Source of the DNA: Raillietiella orientalis
Lineage: Eukaryota
Direction: 5' to 3'
Assembly: GCA_036172245.1 (NCBI GenBank)
Contig: JAYWIR010000028.1
Coordinates: 1,116,001-1,180,000 of the forward strand
DNA length: 64,000 nucleotides
The position numbers were made by a program, and so were the translations under genes. Below the pieces are notes generated by a model. The model saw nothing but the letters and a program-made list of their open reading frames with translations, did not search any database and was not told the DNA's origin. This document shows, piece by piece, positions 1 through 14,000 of this stretch (the stretch's first letter is position 1; every line of letters starts with the position of its first letter).

Positions 1-3000
1 GCTTTTTCTAATGTACCATCTGTTGCTTGTGATTCCTCTTGCATAGCTATTTTTAATGGAATATCAGAGTCTACTGTCTCTGATTCTTCCTGCAAAGCTT
101 TTCCTAATGCATCATCGGAGTCTGATTCCTCATCCTGAGTCCCCATCTTTGATTCCTCATTCATAGATTTCTCATCATCAGTGAAAAGTGATGGATCTGG
201 CCGAAAGCTGATACACATAGTAGGTTGCTCATCTTCTGAATCTGAGTCACTAGATAGCATAAATGATACTTGTGGATTTCCAAAGTCCCTATTGGTTTCT
301 GTATCTGCTGTGGAATCAAAGGAAGCGGAGTTTAATGCTTGAATCTTAGCAATATGGTCAATACCAATTGTCAGAGAAGAACCAGATGGAGACTGAAAGT
401 GTTCTGCATTGTACTGCTTCTCTACACAAACCAAAGAATCACAGGAAGTAGAACCCTTGTCTTGCCCTTCTTCCAAGTTCCTTTGAGCTGTTTGTTTCCG
501 ATTTTTTACTTTTTCAGGGAATTCACAAGAAATTTCACTTGCCTGCTGAGTATCTACCATTTCTTTACAATTCAATGGGGCTCCAGGAGTTGCATGGTCT
601 TCTGGTTCTAAATGTTCAATATCAAATGCAGGTGATGTTGCAGTTCTTGTGACATTTTTCTTTTCTTCTTCAATTGATCTTTGCAATAAATGCACATCAA
701 TAGCATGTGGTATACTGACTTTTGGTTTGGCTTTCTGTTGTGTTACCTTACAACTGAAAACATCCTTGGTATCTTTATCTAATTCATCCTGAACATCCGA
801 AATACATGGCATATCTTTGTGAGCCATTTCTATTTCTGGGATAGTTCTGTTACATAGTTCACTCGAAGCAAAATTCTCATCCATCTCAACAAGTGCATCA
901 ACCACCTGAACATCTCCAGTAGTATTCATATCTTTTACATGTAGCAAGGTAAGCTTTTCTTCTCTCATTTCAACTGCCCTTTGGAGATGGTTTGATGTAG
1001 GTGAATCGTTGGTAACAAGAGCAAAATCTTTACTACTTTCTTCATCTTCGCATTCAGTTCTTGTAACTGTAACACACTCTTCAATTTGAGGCGCAATTAA
1101 TTTATTCTTGAGTCTCCCACTGGTTCTGGGCAGGTTTTGTACATCAGCTGCATCACTAGTGGATAACAAAATACGACTAGAACTACACTGGTTTTCTTTC
1201 ATTTTCAGACGTCTAAGTTGATCTTGTTGGCTCTTGCACTTTTTGCGAATTTGCTTCAGTTCTTCTACAATGATTGAGAAATGTAAATCAACTATTGTAT
1301 ACACAGAATACACTTGCCTTCTAACAGGATAATCTCACTTCGATGTACATCGCGTTGAATTTCAGTTTCTGGAGAACCTGTTTTTTCGAGCTGCAACTCC
1401 AACTTTTCAATTTTTTTCTCAAATTGCTCTTTAGTTCGTTCCCCTGCTAACAACTGATTGTCCAAATGTTCCACTTTGGCATCTAGCAGATGTTTTTCAG
1501 CATTCCATGTTTTCCTCATCTAGAAATGTTGGAACATTTAAGCAAGAAAAACTTCTCAAACATGCATGCAATCAAAAGTCACTGAAATTGTTTACAATAA
1601 AATTTAAAGTTCTGAGCATATACCAGATTATAAAAAACAATAACACAAACAAATCGTTGAACATTTATACTTTCTTGAAATACAGTAACGGACAGGTACT
1701 TATAGACAGAAAAACAAAAATGAATGCAGCATACAGAACAATTAGATTGCGGGGGCGATTATTTTTAAAGATAAAAATCGAAATTTTTGTTTGCAACTGT
1801 CCCGAATTTTGTGATTATACCCCGAAACATATCTCAGTTATCCCGAATGATCTTCCTCAGTTCTTTTACAAGATTGACTTTTTATCACTGTGTATTTAGC
1901 ATAAGTTCCTGTCGACATTTAGTCATAATGGAAGGCTGTATAACATGCATAAAAGTTCTCCCTAAATTTCTGAAAATCATACCTAAAAGCAGCACTTCTC
2001 ATTTCTTGACAAATCAGAAATTGATGTATGTACAGGTAAATTAATATAAAGAGTTCAAAATATCCCAAGCACTTTATAATTTTCAATAAGAAAAACGAAA
2101 ATGCCCAAAACAAATACAAGAAACTTTTAAAGTGCTATAATCTTGTATCAGTACAGTACCTACAAGTCAGTAATCCTGTCTTTTCTTGGGTCTGGAATAT
2201 GTCTACGCAAAAACCTCACATTAGCCCCTACTAATCATTGACACACTTGAAACAGCACTGAGAGTTTAGACTTTCTTTTAACATTTGGTATAAGAGCCAG
2301 TGAAAACTTTTTAAAATACACAGAGGCTATCTATCTTGCATAAATAAGCAGAATTCACATTCTCTTCGATTGTTACTTTTGAAAAGTATAAAAACAGACT
2401 TAAATATGGCACTCAAAAACATATGAATAAAACGAACTTGAAGCCACAGAATGTGAATACAGACAAAATCTCTAATCATACCTTACCATATAAGATAGAG
2501 CTCTAAGACAAACAAAGATCATCTAAAAGAACATTATGATCATCCATCCATGCTAAGGAAAAACAGACTTCATATTTCTGAGGTTCACCAAGGCACATTT
2601 CAAATTAAAATTGAACATAACCTTTGCAAATGGTTTATCAAAACAGCAAAAGTGATGGATTTAATGTTGAAAAAATTACAGCTAGACCTGTAATTCAAGT
2701 GCATGTAGCAATTAAGTTTAAGCCCGAGCTTTAAGGGTTGCTGATACCAGTCAAACAAAGCTTCAGATCAAATAAGAACTTATAAAAACGCACTAAAAAG
2801 CTTAAAAAAATGCCAACATTCAATTTCCTGAAATTCAATAAATATGCAATTAACCAAGGTACGTTTTACTGCAGCACAGATTTTCCTGTTGAAAAAAGAA
2901 CAGACCTACTGACAAGTGATTAAACTAAGAACTACAATGCATCAAAGCCATTTCTGAATCCGGATACAATGCACAAACACAAAACTATTCTAATCCTCAT

Positions 3001-4284
3001 TTGAAGACTTCTTCCTTATATAATTTAAGTTCCTTCATCTACCACATGCAGTATACATAATCAAAAAGAAATAAGACCATTCATATTCTAGGTCAAATAA
3101 TTAATCCAGCTAACATAATTTTTCTGTTGGCAGTAAAATCAGAACCTAATTTTGCTAAAATAAAGTCCTCATTTTTAATTTAGAATGTACTGACCTTCTT
3201 GAGGGATTCCAGCTCACCCAATACCTCTGATAATTTAGTTTCTGTTGACTGGCACTCAGTATTTTTCTTTTCAATGACTCCATGCAGCATGTCTATTTTG
3301 TGAAGAAGTGTCCTGCACTCTAAATTTCTCTCCTGATATTGATGTACCAGTACACTACAGCATAATGTGCATGAGCATAAATAAAATAATTATGTCACTT
3401 TTCTCATTTGCTTAGTACTGTGGTTTTTTAAACTCAACCCATTTGTTCATCATTTTCCCTATTTACATTATACCAGTGGACTACTTACATTTGTTAGTAT
3501 ACCCAGATTGGTTTTAGCAAGCAAATTAGGAAACTATAGTTACTAATTTTCCCCATTACAGCTTTAGAAGTTACATGTAGATGTTTCACATTATACCTTT
3601 ACTTATATACATTATATCTTTGCTAATCCATCTCTCATTTTTTCTTTACCTCTGTATTCCATGCCATGTAATTTATGACTGTTAATCTACCAGGAATTTT
3701 TTTTATGGCCTCTGGACATTAAACAGAAATGTGTAACAAAAAGGTATTTTGAATCAAAATAGATTGAATTCACTTCAGCAACTAGAAATTGATAATGCAA
3801 ATTTCCCTATCAGTGCTTGTGAATTTGAACAATTCTTTCTGCTCACGTACAAGATACACAAAGAGAATGAAATGAGAGAATGAAAATGTTTGGACTCGAT
3901 GTAGACAAATTCATCACCACATATATGCAAATATACAACGAAAACATCGAAGAAAGTATATTTGCAAGATAAACACACTTAACAATACGATGTAACTTTA
4001 TGCTTTTTATAAATACTAGAAATTTATTTGGGCAGACACTGAGGATTTACATAAAATGGTTGAGAATGAAAAAATCGCCATTGCTGTGAAAAATTTTACA
4101 CAAACAGTGATTCAAAAACAGTGATTTGAAATGGGAGAAGAATTCAAAATTCCAAAAGCGTATGCTAAAATAATGCAAGCACTCAAATAATAAGAATCTA
4201 GATAACTTACTCAGCAGCTATAATTTTCTGCTTAAGAACTTGCAGGTTGCATTTAATTTCTGGAGGTTTCGCCCCCATTTCCAT
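1..4284 (-). CDS. ICE1: Little elongation complex subunit 1 (ICE1)-like protein, 5' part; gene runs off the window start
   Basis: Exons 4284-4211, 3354-3195, 1519-1318 and 1264-<1 join in frame; introns are GT-AG, GT-AG and GC-AG. The spliced N-terminus MEMGAKPPEIKCNLQVLKQKIIAADVLVHQYQER resembles the ICE1 N-terminal motif as I recall it (LKQKIINTDNLLTEYQKK). It is followed by coiled coil and a >1.2 kb stop-free acidic exon. Coding status is strong; the name is moderate. Confidence 0.6.
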
Positions 4285-4599
4285 TTAAAACTTTATAATC
4301 CTTAGATTACTCTAGAATTTGAAAATACAATAAAAATTATTTTGAAAACAGGCATACATTTGGATCCCAAACTTTCCAATGATTTAAATACAAAGTGAAT
4401 GCAAAAGTTCCTAAATTCTGAATTCATTCACTTGATTTTAGAAAGAACCGTTTCTTGGTTAGCGTTACTCTAAAATTTTTGCATTTTAAAACTGATGGAA
4501 TAGTTGAAAGTACAGCAATCAATCATTTCTTCATTGTGAATAACCTTTCCATGGACTCGTTTGCTTTAACGTAAAATTTCTTAAACATAAAACTTAATA

Positions 4600-4900
4600 A
4601 ACAATATTCAATACCAAACACAATCAGTAATAATCCTGTCCGTTAAAGCAAGTCAAACAATAAATATCGGTCCACACAACCACTTAAACTTGAACCGCAG
4701 GCGACATCAAAGTACGCAACAGCTCACCCGATCTCATGCATCTCTCTCACATGGATGTTTAAGAGTTACCGCTATCATAACCAAATATTAAAATGTATTA
4801 CAAACAATTGAAAATTAGAGCACGGATTTTGTTCCTCAGGAAGCGAATGATATTTCTTTGATAAATATGTGGATAATAAAGAAAAATAGGTAAGTCTACT
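4600..4900. promoter_or_regulatory. Probable promoter/5' UTR region of the ICE1-like gene, possibly bidirectional
   Basis: Local CpG enrichment in AT-rich DNA. A minus-strand donor (GTGAG, ~4727) and a plus-strand donor (AG|GTAAGT, 4890) face away from each other. Confidence 0.3.
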
Positions 4901-7900
4901 GATCAAATATTCTTTATTTCATGTTTCGCAAATACTGGTTACCGGAAAAAGAACCACTTTTAGAATACAGAAGACACCAAGTATATACCTCGGATTGTCT
5001 TATTTGGGAAACTAAAAAAAAAAATGATGATCAAAAGAATTCATACAATTGCATTCAAATAAAAACCGTGTACCTATCAGGTATTCATCTGCATAGTGAG
5101 TTTGCTTTTTTTCATTACAGATTTCAAAGAAGAAAAATTTAAGAGTTTGAAGAACCGGGTGTAAAATATCTTATTAAAAATTAGGTGTTGGACAAAAGAT
5201 TTTTTAATTCCTAGAAAACAAATGCAGTTTGATTTGATTTCACTTGGAGCCTATTTCTTCACAAAAAGACATGTTACATGAATTAATAGTATCTTTATTT
5301 TCTTTCTGTCAGTAACCATCGTCAAATGCTAGTTGCTAGTCATACCTCTTTCTTGCTGTTTGTTTTCTTGATATGACTTGTTGATTATTCTTACTCTTCG
5401 ACAAAATAATTTGAATTCTGTATTTTGCTGTGATCTTATTGCATGATCCTTAAGGAAAACAAAACTTAAAAGCAGTCAAAGAACATGCATGTGATTACTA
5501 TAAACTATGGATTGTATAGAGGCACATCAAAAATATGTTTTGTTGCATTTTGTTAAGGAAATACAAACTTATAATTGTGTGTTCAATTTTCGATTATAGT
5601 AAGGAATATTGTCTTCTTATTTGCGAAAAATACTCTTGATCTCATACTAGGAATCTCATTTGGAATTTCATTTAACAAGGAAACTTTCAGTTTATAACTT
5701 TTACAAATCAGGGTATCATATGCTCAATATTTTTATGAGACTTATAAAAACTATGTGCTATTTCTTCTTTGGGGTCTTAAGCACTGTGGAGCTGACTGTT
5801 GGAAATTTTTATAGCATGAAATAGTGAAAATTGCATAATAAATTATGAAATATGAAATGGTGATGAGCTCTAGATAGAGATGGAATTTTTTATTAAAAAT
5901 GCAATAAAGAGACTATTTAGAAAAGGGACTTCTGAACCTTTGACTTTTGATTATTGAAGTGTAAAAGGCTAGCTTAATACTGAGATGAAATACATAGCGA
6001 CGTTATAATTTCTTCTCATGAAGTTTTATTTCCTGTGAAGTCATTCAGTATTCTCAGGGAATCCTATTTTGTCTTTAAATAATAGCACTTAGCACTCAGA
6101 GGTCGTGTCACAAATTGACTCAAGAAATGAGTCCAGTTGCTGAGTTTCTCTAGCACATCTTTCAGGGAGCCAAAAAAGGGACAACGAATGGAAGCGGAAC
6201 TGCATTTCTGCTTCCAAAATTAGAAATAGATAAATTCTAATTCCGAAGAATGTTCCATGAAAAGTATTGCAAATTACCACTGAAGAATATACTAGAAATG
6301 ATTTTAATGCCAATAAGCTATAACATGTCAATGTTGATTCGTTTCGAAAATGCCAGAGGTGCAAAAATCATCATTTCAGTAGAATGACAATCTCACAGAG
6401 TTGATGCAGCACGTAGCTTCTCTTTTAAACCCATAGCTTTTAAATTAAAATGCTAGTATGGCAGCTGTTTATTCGAACATTCCAATGAACACATAACTAA
6501 TAAATAAGCTTTTTATTTGTTTGCTTGAAGACAGCTGAAAATAGAAAAACTCATAATTATGTTAGGACTCCCAGTGGACTGGAGAATACATTTATTTCTT
6601 AACCGCAAACTCCTCTTAGGGCATGTTGTCTTTTGACACTGTTATTCAGTACTAGAAGAAAAGTGGTAATATGAATTGGTATTTCTTCCTATCGTATGAA
6701 AGAATGTAGATGGATATAATATGTTACAGCTGTAGTTGATTTTATTTAAGTACAATGATAGGGTGTATATTCTCATAGCATGAAGCACTGGAAATTGAAA
6801 GCATCTCGGAACCGTTGATTTGAGTGTCTCAAATAAATACAGGTAGAACAATAACTGAAATAAGTGGAAATACTAACATGTGCTCTAAATGAGACATGTA
6901 GCCCATTGAGTTGTTAAAAATATTTAATTGAAAACATCAATACCAATTATTCACCAATGAATAAAAGCAGAATCTGTATCGATAGAACAGGAAGGAAATA
7001 CACAAAAATGGTCTGTTTGAAGATAAAAATTTATCAGATTTCAAGAAAGGTCGTCAACAAAAGGTTCAATGGTATCTTTATTAGGTTATACGGAGTTGCG
7101 AGAATGGCAGTGAGAATGAGAATTTGGTCAGAATGATGAAGGCTCTTTCCCCGCAGATGCAACTGTGTACAATCATATTCAAAGAAAGACTATCCACATT
7201 ATTCAATTCGCACTGTTCAAGATTCAGGATATAGTATAAGAAATTGGGAATTATTTTTCTCAGATGCATTTTCCTATTGTAGAACAGCACGAGGAATCAT
7301 TATTATCATCGTGATTTTCTAAATGAGGAATTTATTACAATTTTGAGATGATGAATCAGATTTACAAGTTTTTACTTTTAGAGAATTGACTTGGGGAATG
7401 CGATAAGATTACGGTTAAATATATGTGAATATAATATATCAACAAGTTATAAAGAACCTTACAGTGTAACGGATTCTTTATTCCTTCTAGCATTTTTGAA
7501 TTATTCTCGTTTTCTACAATTTTTCAGTCATTTTGATGATTCACATGTGATAAATAGTTCATATATCTACATCATTTCATTATCTATATAAAAATGCGAT
7601 GTGATTTCCCTTGCTAATGCTTCATCTCATACATTAATAATACCTCACTTAAAAATCTTGGAATATATGCTGAAAATATAAAATTACAATATATGTAATG
7701 CAAATTTACACATTTTATTAAAAGTAGTTACTTAAGTAGTGAAAGAGAATCATGTTTTTCATGAGAATAAGCAAACTGGGGCAAAAAGGCTTCTAGAGAA
7801 ACACCTGTTTTAGCTGAATTATAGAAAGTTAAGATGCCATTAAATTGCTTTAGCTACGATATCCTGAAACTGGATGAGTTGGATGGGTATAAAAAAATGC

Positions 7901-10892
7901 AAACCACATAATCAAAAAGTGCAAATCTCAGAAGTACAAAAAGAGCAAATTAAAGCAAGCATTGTGTTCACAACTTTTGAAACTAGCAAAGTTCGGATCG
8001 GAAATATATTTGAGCTACCCGATCGATTTTAACTGTTTTTTTAAATGGATATTAATTCAGAAACAGTAGATTATTTCCCCGTATTCTCTGTTTTTATATA
8101 TGCGGTTTGTCATATTCTAGAATAGTATGAGTATATTACAAGAGGATTATTTCGAACCTTGTTACCTTAGGTATTTACCATATAAACACTAAATGAACAT
8201 GAAAGTTTTAAGGTGTTCAACAATTTTGTTAATGAATTTATTTACGACTATCTGGTTTGATTGAAGTTTCGTTCCTTTGCTGCTGTTCTTTCTGGAAATT
8301 TTCAGGGTTTTAATAGCTTTGATGTTTCCGAGAACAAGAAATTCCGAGTATTTATTAGTTTTTTATACACGAGAGGGAGAAAATATAAAAGAAAATGCGA
8401 TTTGGTGAAATATATATTATGCTATAAAGGTTTTCAAATTTCGGTGTGTTATAAAGTGGCAATTTTGTGCTATTATGTAATGTTGTCCAATGTTTGGTTT
8501 TTGATTGGTTTCGTAAACGTTGTGTTTTTCCTTTTGTTAAGTACTCATCGGTAAGTTATAAAAATAAGTAGATTAATTCCTTGCAATTGTTTTAATGCTT
8601 TTTATCAGACCTACATAAAATACGTATACAAATAAAGTGATCCATGTTCAATGTCATATATTGCGCACTCGAGATTCTCTTCGTTATACCATTCCTTACA
8701 TCAGAAGTTTTCCGATCAGTGAAACCCAAACGTTCAAATTGTTTAAACCCAAACTAGCCACATGTAAAAAATAGGATGAACATACTAAAAAAATGCTATG
8801 TAGAACAATACATTTTTATGAGCTTTTTTTAGAGAATTAATGTGTAATATAACTCCTTAATGAACTGGTTTCAGAAAAGTTGATAAGTTTTTTTTTGTAC
8901 TCATAGTCACACTAATGTATATGCTAGTAAATGTAAACGCTTCTATTGAGACCAAAGCTTGTGAAACAAATGAGGAAAACAGCGAACCAAGGCAACTTGA
9001 TTATATGGGAGCATTGAAGAGGGTAATTGAGGTAACCGTTCACAAAGTAAACAATTACTACATGCAAAATTAGTTTATTGTTGATAACTCTTAGGACAAG
9101 AAATATATGCAGTTGTTCTGATAATATAAAAAGGATGGAGTTATAAAGGAAGTGGCAATTGGTATTTATTACTCACAGCATGAATCACCTTACAACTCAT
9201 AATCATTTTTATCAAGAATACATTATGCACATTGTTTTCCAACATATTGTCTGTATTAAAGGAACCATTCTCAAATGTAATCATGCTAATTTTGCTTCAT
9301 TTTTTGATGCTGACTCAGCTACTCAGTTGGTGCTTGTCGGAGTGAATGTTAATGCATGTATGAATAAGTTTTCAAACACTTATTCTGATTCATTATTACT
9401 GAGACTGTTGATTTTGTGATTGAGTGCACGTTTTTTCAAAGAGTTTTCTCTATTGGTAACCCTTCTGCTTGTTATTCATCATAGTAATACTAATTGACAT
9501 GAAGATTTATGTAACAGAAGAGGGATTTAGTATAAATTAAAGAATACTTTAATTCACTTTCAAGATTTTTCATAAATAACATATTCAAAATCAGGAATAG
9601 AATTAAGATTTTATATAATGAATAAATTATGTATATAAATATTTTTATGTTACATAATAATATTGAAATTATGTAAATCTATTTTAAAATATATTTATAT
9701 TAATTAATGAATTAATATTAAAAATTATAAAACATGTTTTAACTCCAAATTATTTTAGGATAAATTAAATATAATATATTACCTTTTAATTAAGAATGTT
9801 AAAATTAATCAATTGGGGGAATGTATTCTTAAAATATTTTTAGTATTAACTAAATAAACTTACAATTTAATGATTAGTGAAAGTTAACTTAAGCTAGTGT
9901 GATGAATGTGAATCACCATTTTGGATGAGAACTTCAAGTGCTTTTCTTTTCCCCTTCATTATCTTTATTGTGCATAATTTTGAGTGGCATCCTTGTACAT
10001 ACTGCTTTATTTTAGGCACACTGCTCAGTATTTCTGTTATTGGTCACCTTGTGTTTGCACTCTTTTAATTATTTCAATTACCTGTTGGTTTCATCTTATC
10101 GTTGTTCTCATGTTTTAAAATATAATGTCGATGATGCAGTAGTCATCATGTTGCTATATGCTGTATGTGTCTCCATACCAATCTACTATTTCTAAGATTT
10201 TGTATATTGGTGTTGTGGTGAGAATGAAAACACTTTTGCAGCCCTGTCAATCTTTCCCAGATAGTTATTATTTTTGTTTAATGTTTATTCAATTGCTAAT
10301 ATATAAGTAATTTGTTTTATTCGAGGTTCTTTCTTAATGTGAAAGTTTTTGAATTTGTTTTATGTTTTCTTATTTCATCATTTTCATGTGCAATTCCCCA
10401 AAAATACTAATCAAAAGTAATGTAGAATTTTGGCTGCCAAATCTGGTTCAGTAAAATTCAAGAAAGTATTCTTTGGAGAATTTGATTTTGCTATCTCCTC
10501 ATCAAAACTTTATTTGAAGATGGTCCATATTTAGGATTAGTATTGTTATTGCAGTTATTCACGCCTCACATACAGCATTGCTTTTTAGACTTCTGTTGCA
10601 AACAGCATAGCAAGCACTTTGCAGTGCTTTCTGTGCTATTTTATTCTGCTTATTCTTATTCTTTTCATAATGAGTCCATATTAATCTGTTATGGATGTCA
10701 GTCATGTTGAAAGTATTTATAAACCATTTGTCTTCAGTAGATTGCTTTACAGTGAGCCATAGAAATCCAAGTATTATTTAGCATTTATTGACCGCGAATT
10801 ATTTTTTCTTTTCAACTGTGATTACATTCACTTAAGAATAGAAAACACGATCAATTTTGATTAAATTGCATTTACGAATCATTCTTTTGCAG

Positions 10893-10985
10893 ATTTTCAA
10901 TAGGTTTGAAGTAAGCTTTGTGCACAAGTAGAACGTATTGATAATTTATATTTGAAATTCATTTAAAGAGAAGCAGTTATGACAG
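10893..10985 (+). other. Non-coding 5' UTR exon of CNOT6
   Basis: Bounded by ttttgcag| and CAG|GTGAGA. A 48-nt intron (10986-11033) ends 1 nt before the ATG at 11035. A candidate upstream donor lies at 8551 (G|GTAAGT). Confidence 0.6.
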
Positions 10986-11034
10986 GTGAGAATTTCATTA
11001 AGTTTTAAATTCGGAAACTTTTTTTTGATTTAGA

Positions 11035-14000
11035 ATGTCTCGGCAAGATAAGCAGAAAGACAAGTATGAGGTGCATAATCCTCGCAGGGCGCATGTTATC
11101 ATGTCTCCCGAAGAGGTAGCCTCTGGAAAGAAATCTTATTGGCCTGAATTAGAGATCACTGGGACCATTAAGAATCTAAGTCCAAATCTTTGGCAACTAC
11201 AGCATTTGACATCCTTGTACCTGAATGATAATTCCTTGACACGTATACCCCCAGAAATCTCTCAGTTGAGATCTCTGTTGTACCTGGATCTTAGTTGCAA
11301 TAAATTGCGCAGCCTGCCTGCTGAATTGGGTGACTTGGTCCAGCTTAGGTGATTTGATTCATTAAAGAATTCACATTGATTATTTTATAGGGAATTGTTG
11401 CTGAACAACAATTTGCTTAAGCATCTTCCATATGAGATTGGGAAGCTTTTTCAGCTTCAATTGTTGGGACTAAAGGGAAATCCTTTACCACCTAATATAA
11501 TGGCAATGTACAGTGAACCTAATGGGACAACCAAGCTTCTCTCGTATTTTTTGGACAGTTTGGCATGTACGTATTTTTGGTTTGGGCAATTTGTTTTTAA
11601 AAACAAGATTTATCATGAATTCTAATTGTCATAATCAAATGTGAATAAGTTGGTTTACCCGAAATTGAATTTTATGAAAGATTATTACACGAAACTATTG
11701 GTTATTATTAGCTGTGTAGTTTGCATTCACTCATTTGCTGTTTTTCTTTACTTAATTTCTGTTGTCAGACAGATTGTTATAATGTTACAGATGTAGAAAA
11801 AGTCAAACATGAGTCAGATAGCCTGCAAATATGTAAACTATCCGGTGAAGATCTTCATAATTTTAGTTTTGCATTCTATCTTTGTATATCAAAGTTTTCA
11901 AGTTGAAAAAGTCATCTTAAAGATAACTCAGCTTTAAGAATTGCAAAGTAGATTGATGAGTGCACATAAATTTGTTAGAGTTTGGAAAATGAGAAATGCA
12001 TCAATAATCAGTATGATATAAATAGGAATGCACAAAATCTCAAAATAAGTAGTATTTCATAAGAACTGTAGAGAATTGATTTTCTGAGATAATGTATTGA
12101 TAAGGCAATGAATGTAAATCAAATATGAAAATTTAGTTGACATAGACAGCTGCAATTACATGACAAGCACTGTTTCAGCATAGAATATTCATTTGGAAAA
12201 CTAATGATGATTTTTCAAATGCAACATTGGTTATTTCATTCAGTTGAGAAATCAGAAAAATTGCAAGTACAAAAGAGTGAACAGAATTTAAGTGTGGAAA
12301 GTTGCTCTGGAATTCAAACGCTTTCAGATTACACAGTGACAGCAGAAGAAGAAAAAAAATAACATGTCTATGTAATGAGCGCAAAAAAAACGACTACATC
12401 AATTATGTTTTTTATTTCCAGCACTTATGATGTTTCTTTAATATTACATAGCAGAAGTGTTCGTTTCTATATCTGGAATTAATCTGTAGGTGTTTCTGCA
12501 CATTGTTGTGCCATCTTAGACGATGAACCTCTTTTGAAAATTGTAAAAAAAAAATAATACCTCAAATTAAATTTATGTGTCCTTGATTTAGTAAACAAAA
12601 TGAGGACAGAATTCTATCCAGATATCCTCTGCAATAAAGGAAGGAAGGATGTCAGTATTTGTAGATAGATAAAATACCCCCTTCAGTTTTTGTATTGTTT
12701 TAGAATTTAAAGAATGTTTTAGTATTTAAAGAAGTATAGTTCATCACATGAAGCAGTGATGTAATGCATCAACAGTTACATATTCTAAGTAATAACGAAA
12801 ATTGGTGCGTAAATTTCTGAACAAGAAAACAAAACGCAGTCAGTAATTGATTCTGGGAATAATTTTAGTCGATTGTCAATAACACTGCGTAGGGTTGACG
12901 AAAATTTGTCAGTTTATTAAACATGAAAGAATATTCTACATGAAACACTGCAATATAAACGTTGACAACTTAAAAAGAATCATCGGACTTCTTGTTTATC
13001 AAATGTAATTAAAGGAGGTCAATCAAAGGAGTCTACTGTTAGAATTCTAGGTGTAATTATTTGCACAATAATTTCCGAGTTTTATGTGCAGAAATAAAAA
13101 ATAGGAAAATCACATTCTGTGTATGATATAACATTTTTGAACCATTTCAGGGTAGTAACAGAGGTAAAAGCAAAGTAATGATTTTAGAAAAAGAAAAATT
13201 CAAATCATTTCGAAATATGTAATTTTGAAAGATTGAAAAGTTAGCAAACACGAATGCTAAAATTTGTCATGGCATAGGAGGTAGTGTGTTCCATAAAGTC
13301 AAGTTTTTCATGACAGGTTATGAACTTTGGCTGAGTTTTTCATTTGCTATTTTTGTTTCAGCAATGTTTCCAGATTTTTTTTTAGAATTCAGTTATGGAA
13401 GTAATTTCACTATGTATTCCAACAAAAAGTAAAAGTATCCATATTTTGTATAGAGTGAAGAAATGTGAGTGGAAGTAACGAGTCTTCAGCACTATTGCTA
13501 AGGAAATATGTTATCACCAGACAAAACTTGAGGCAAGATCGTAGTTGAAAAATTTTAAAATGTCCTGTTGAGCAATCATCATCTGATAAAATGAAGTTGG
13601 ATAAAATTTAGTTAGAATAAATGGTGAATAGAAGAATCAATGGTGTTTTACAAAGGAAAACTGTACAGAAATTTGGAAAATAAGGAAAGAAAGCATATTG
13701 ATGAAAAAATATTCACCAATTATTGGTACAGTAAATGTGCTTTAGCTAAAGTCAATTTGAAACTTAACATTAAGGCACACAAGAAGTGTTCGATGGAAAA
13801 ACTCAATATCAAGACATTCAGTGGTATTTGTACAAGCAAGGGATTTAAAATAGAAAGAATTGACATGGAACTGTTAAAAATTTCCGAATCATTATGCTTG
13901 GCAATCATAGGTGGATTTGTTTTATATTAATTAGAAGGCAAGGATTTTTAGGAAAAGAGAAGCATTTATTCCTGTAAATTTTTAATGATTGTCTAGTGTT

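Noticed and set aside
6977..6984. DRE palindrome TATCGATA
   Set aside because: Single hit, not near a supported transcription start.
9590..9880. Extremely AT-rich tract, considered as a NUMT (mitochondrial control region or rRNA)
   Set aside because: No recognisable mitochondrial tRNA, rRNA or protein motif.
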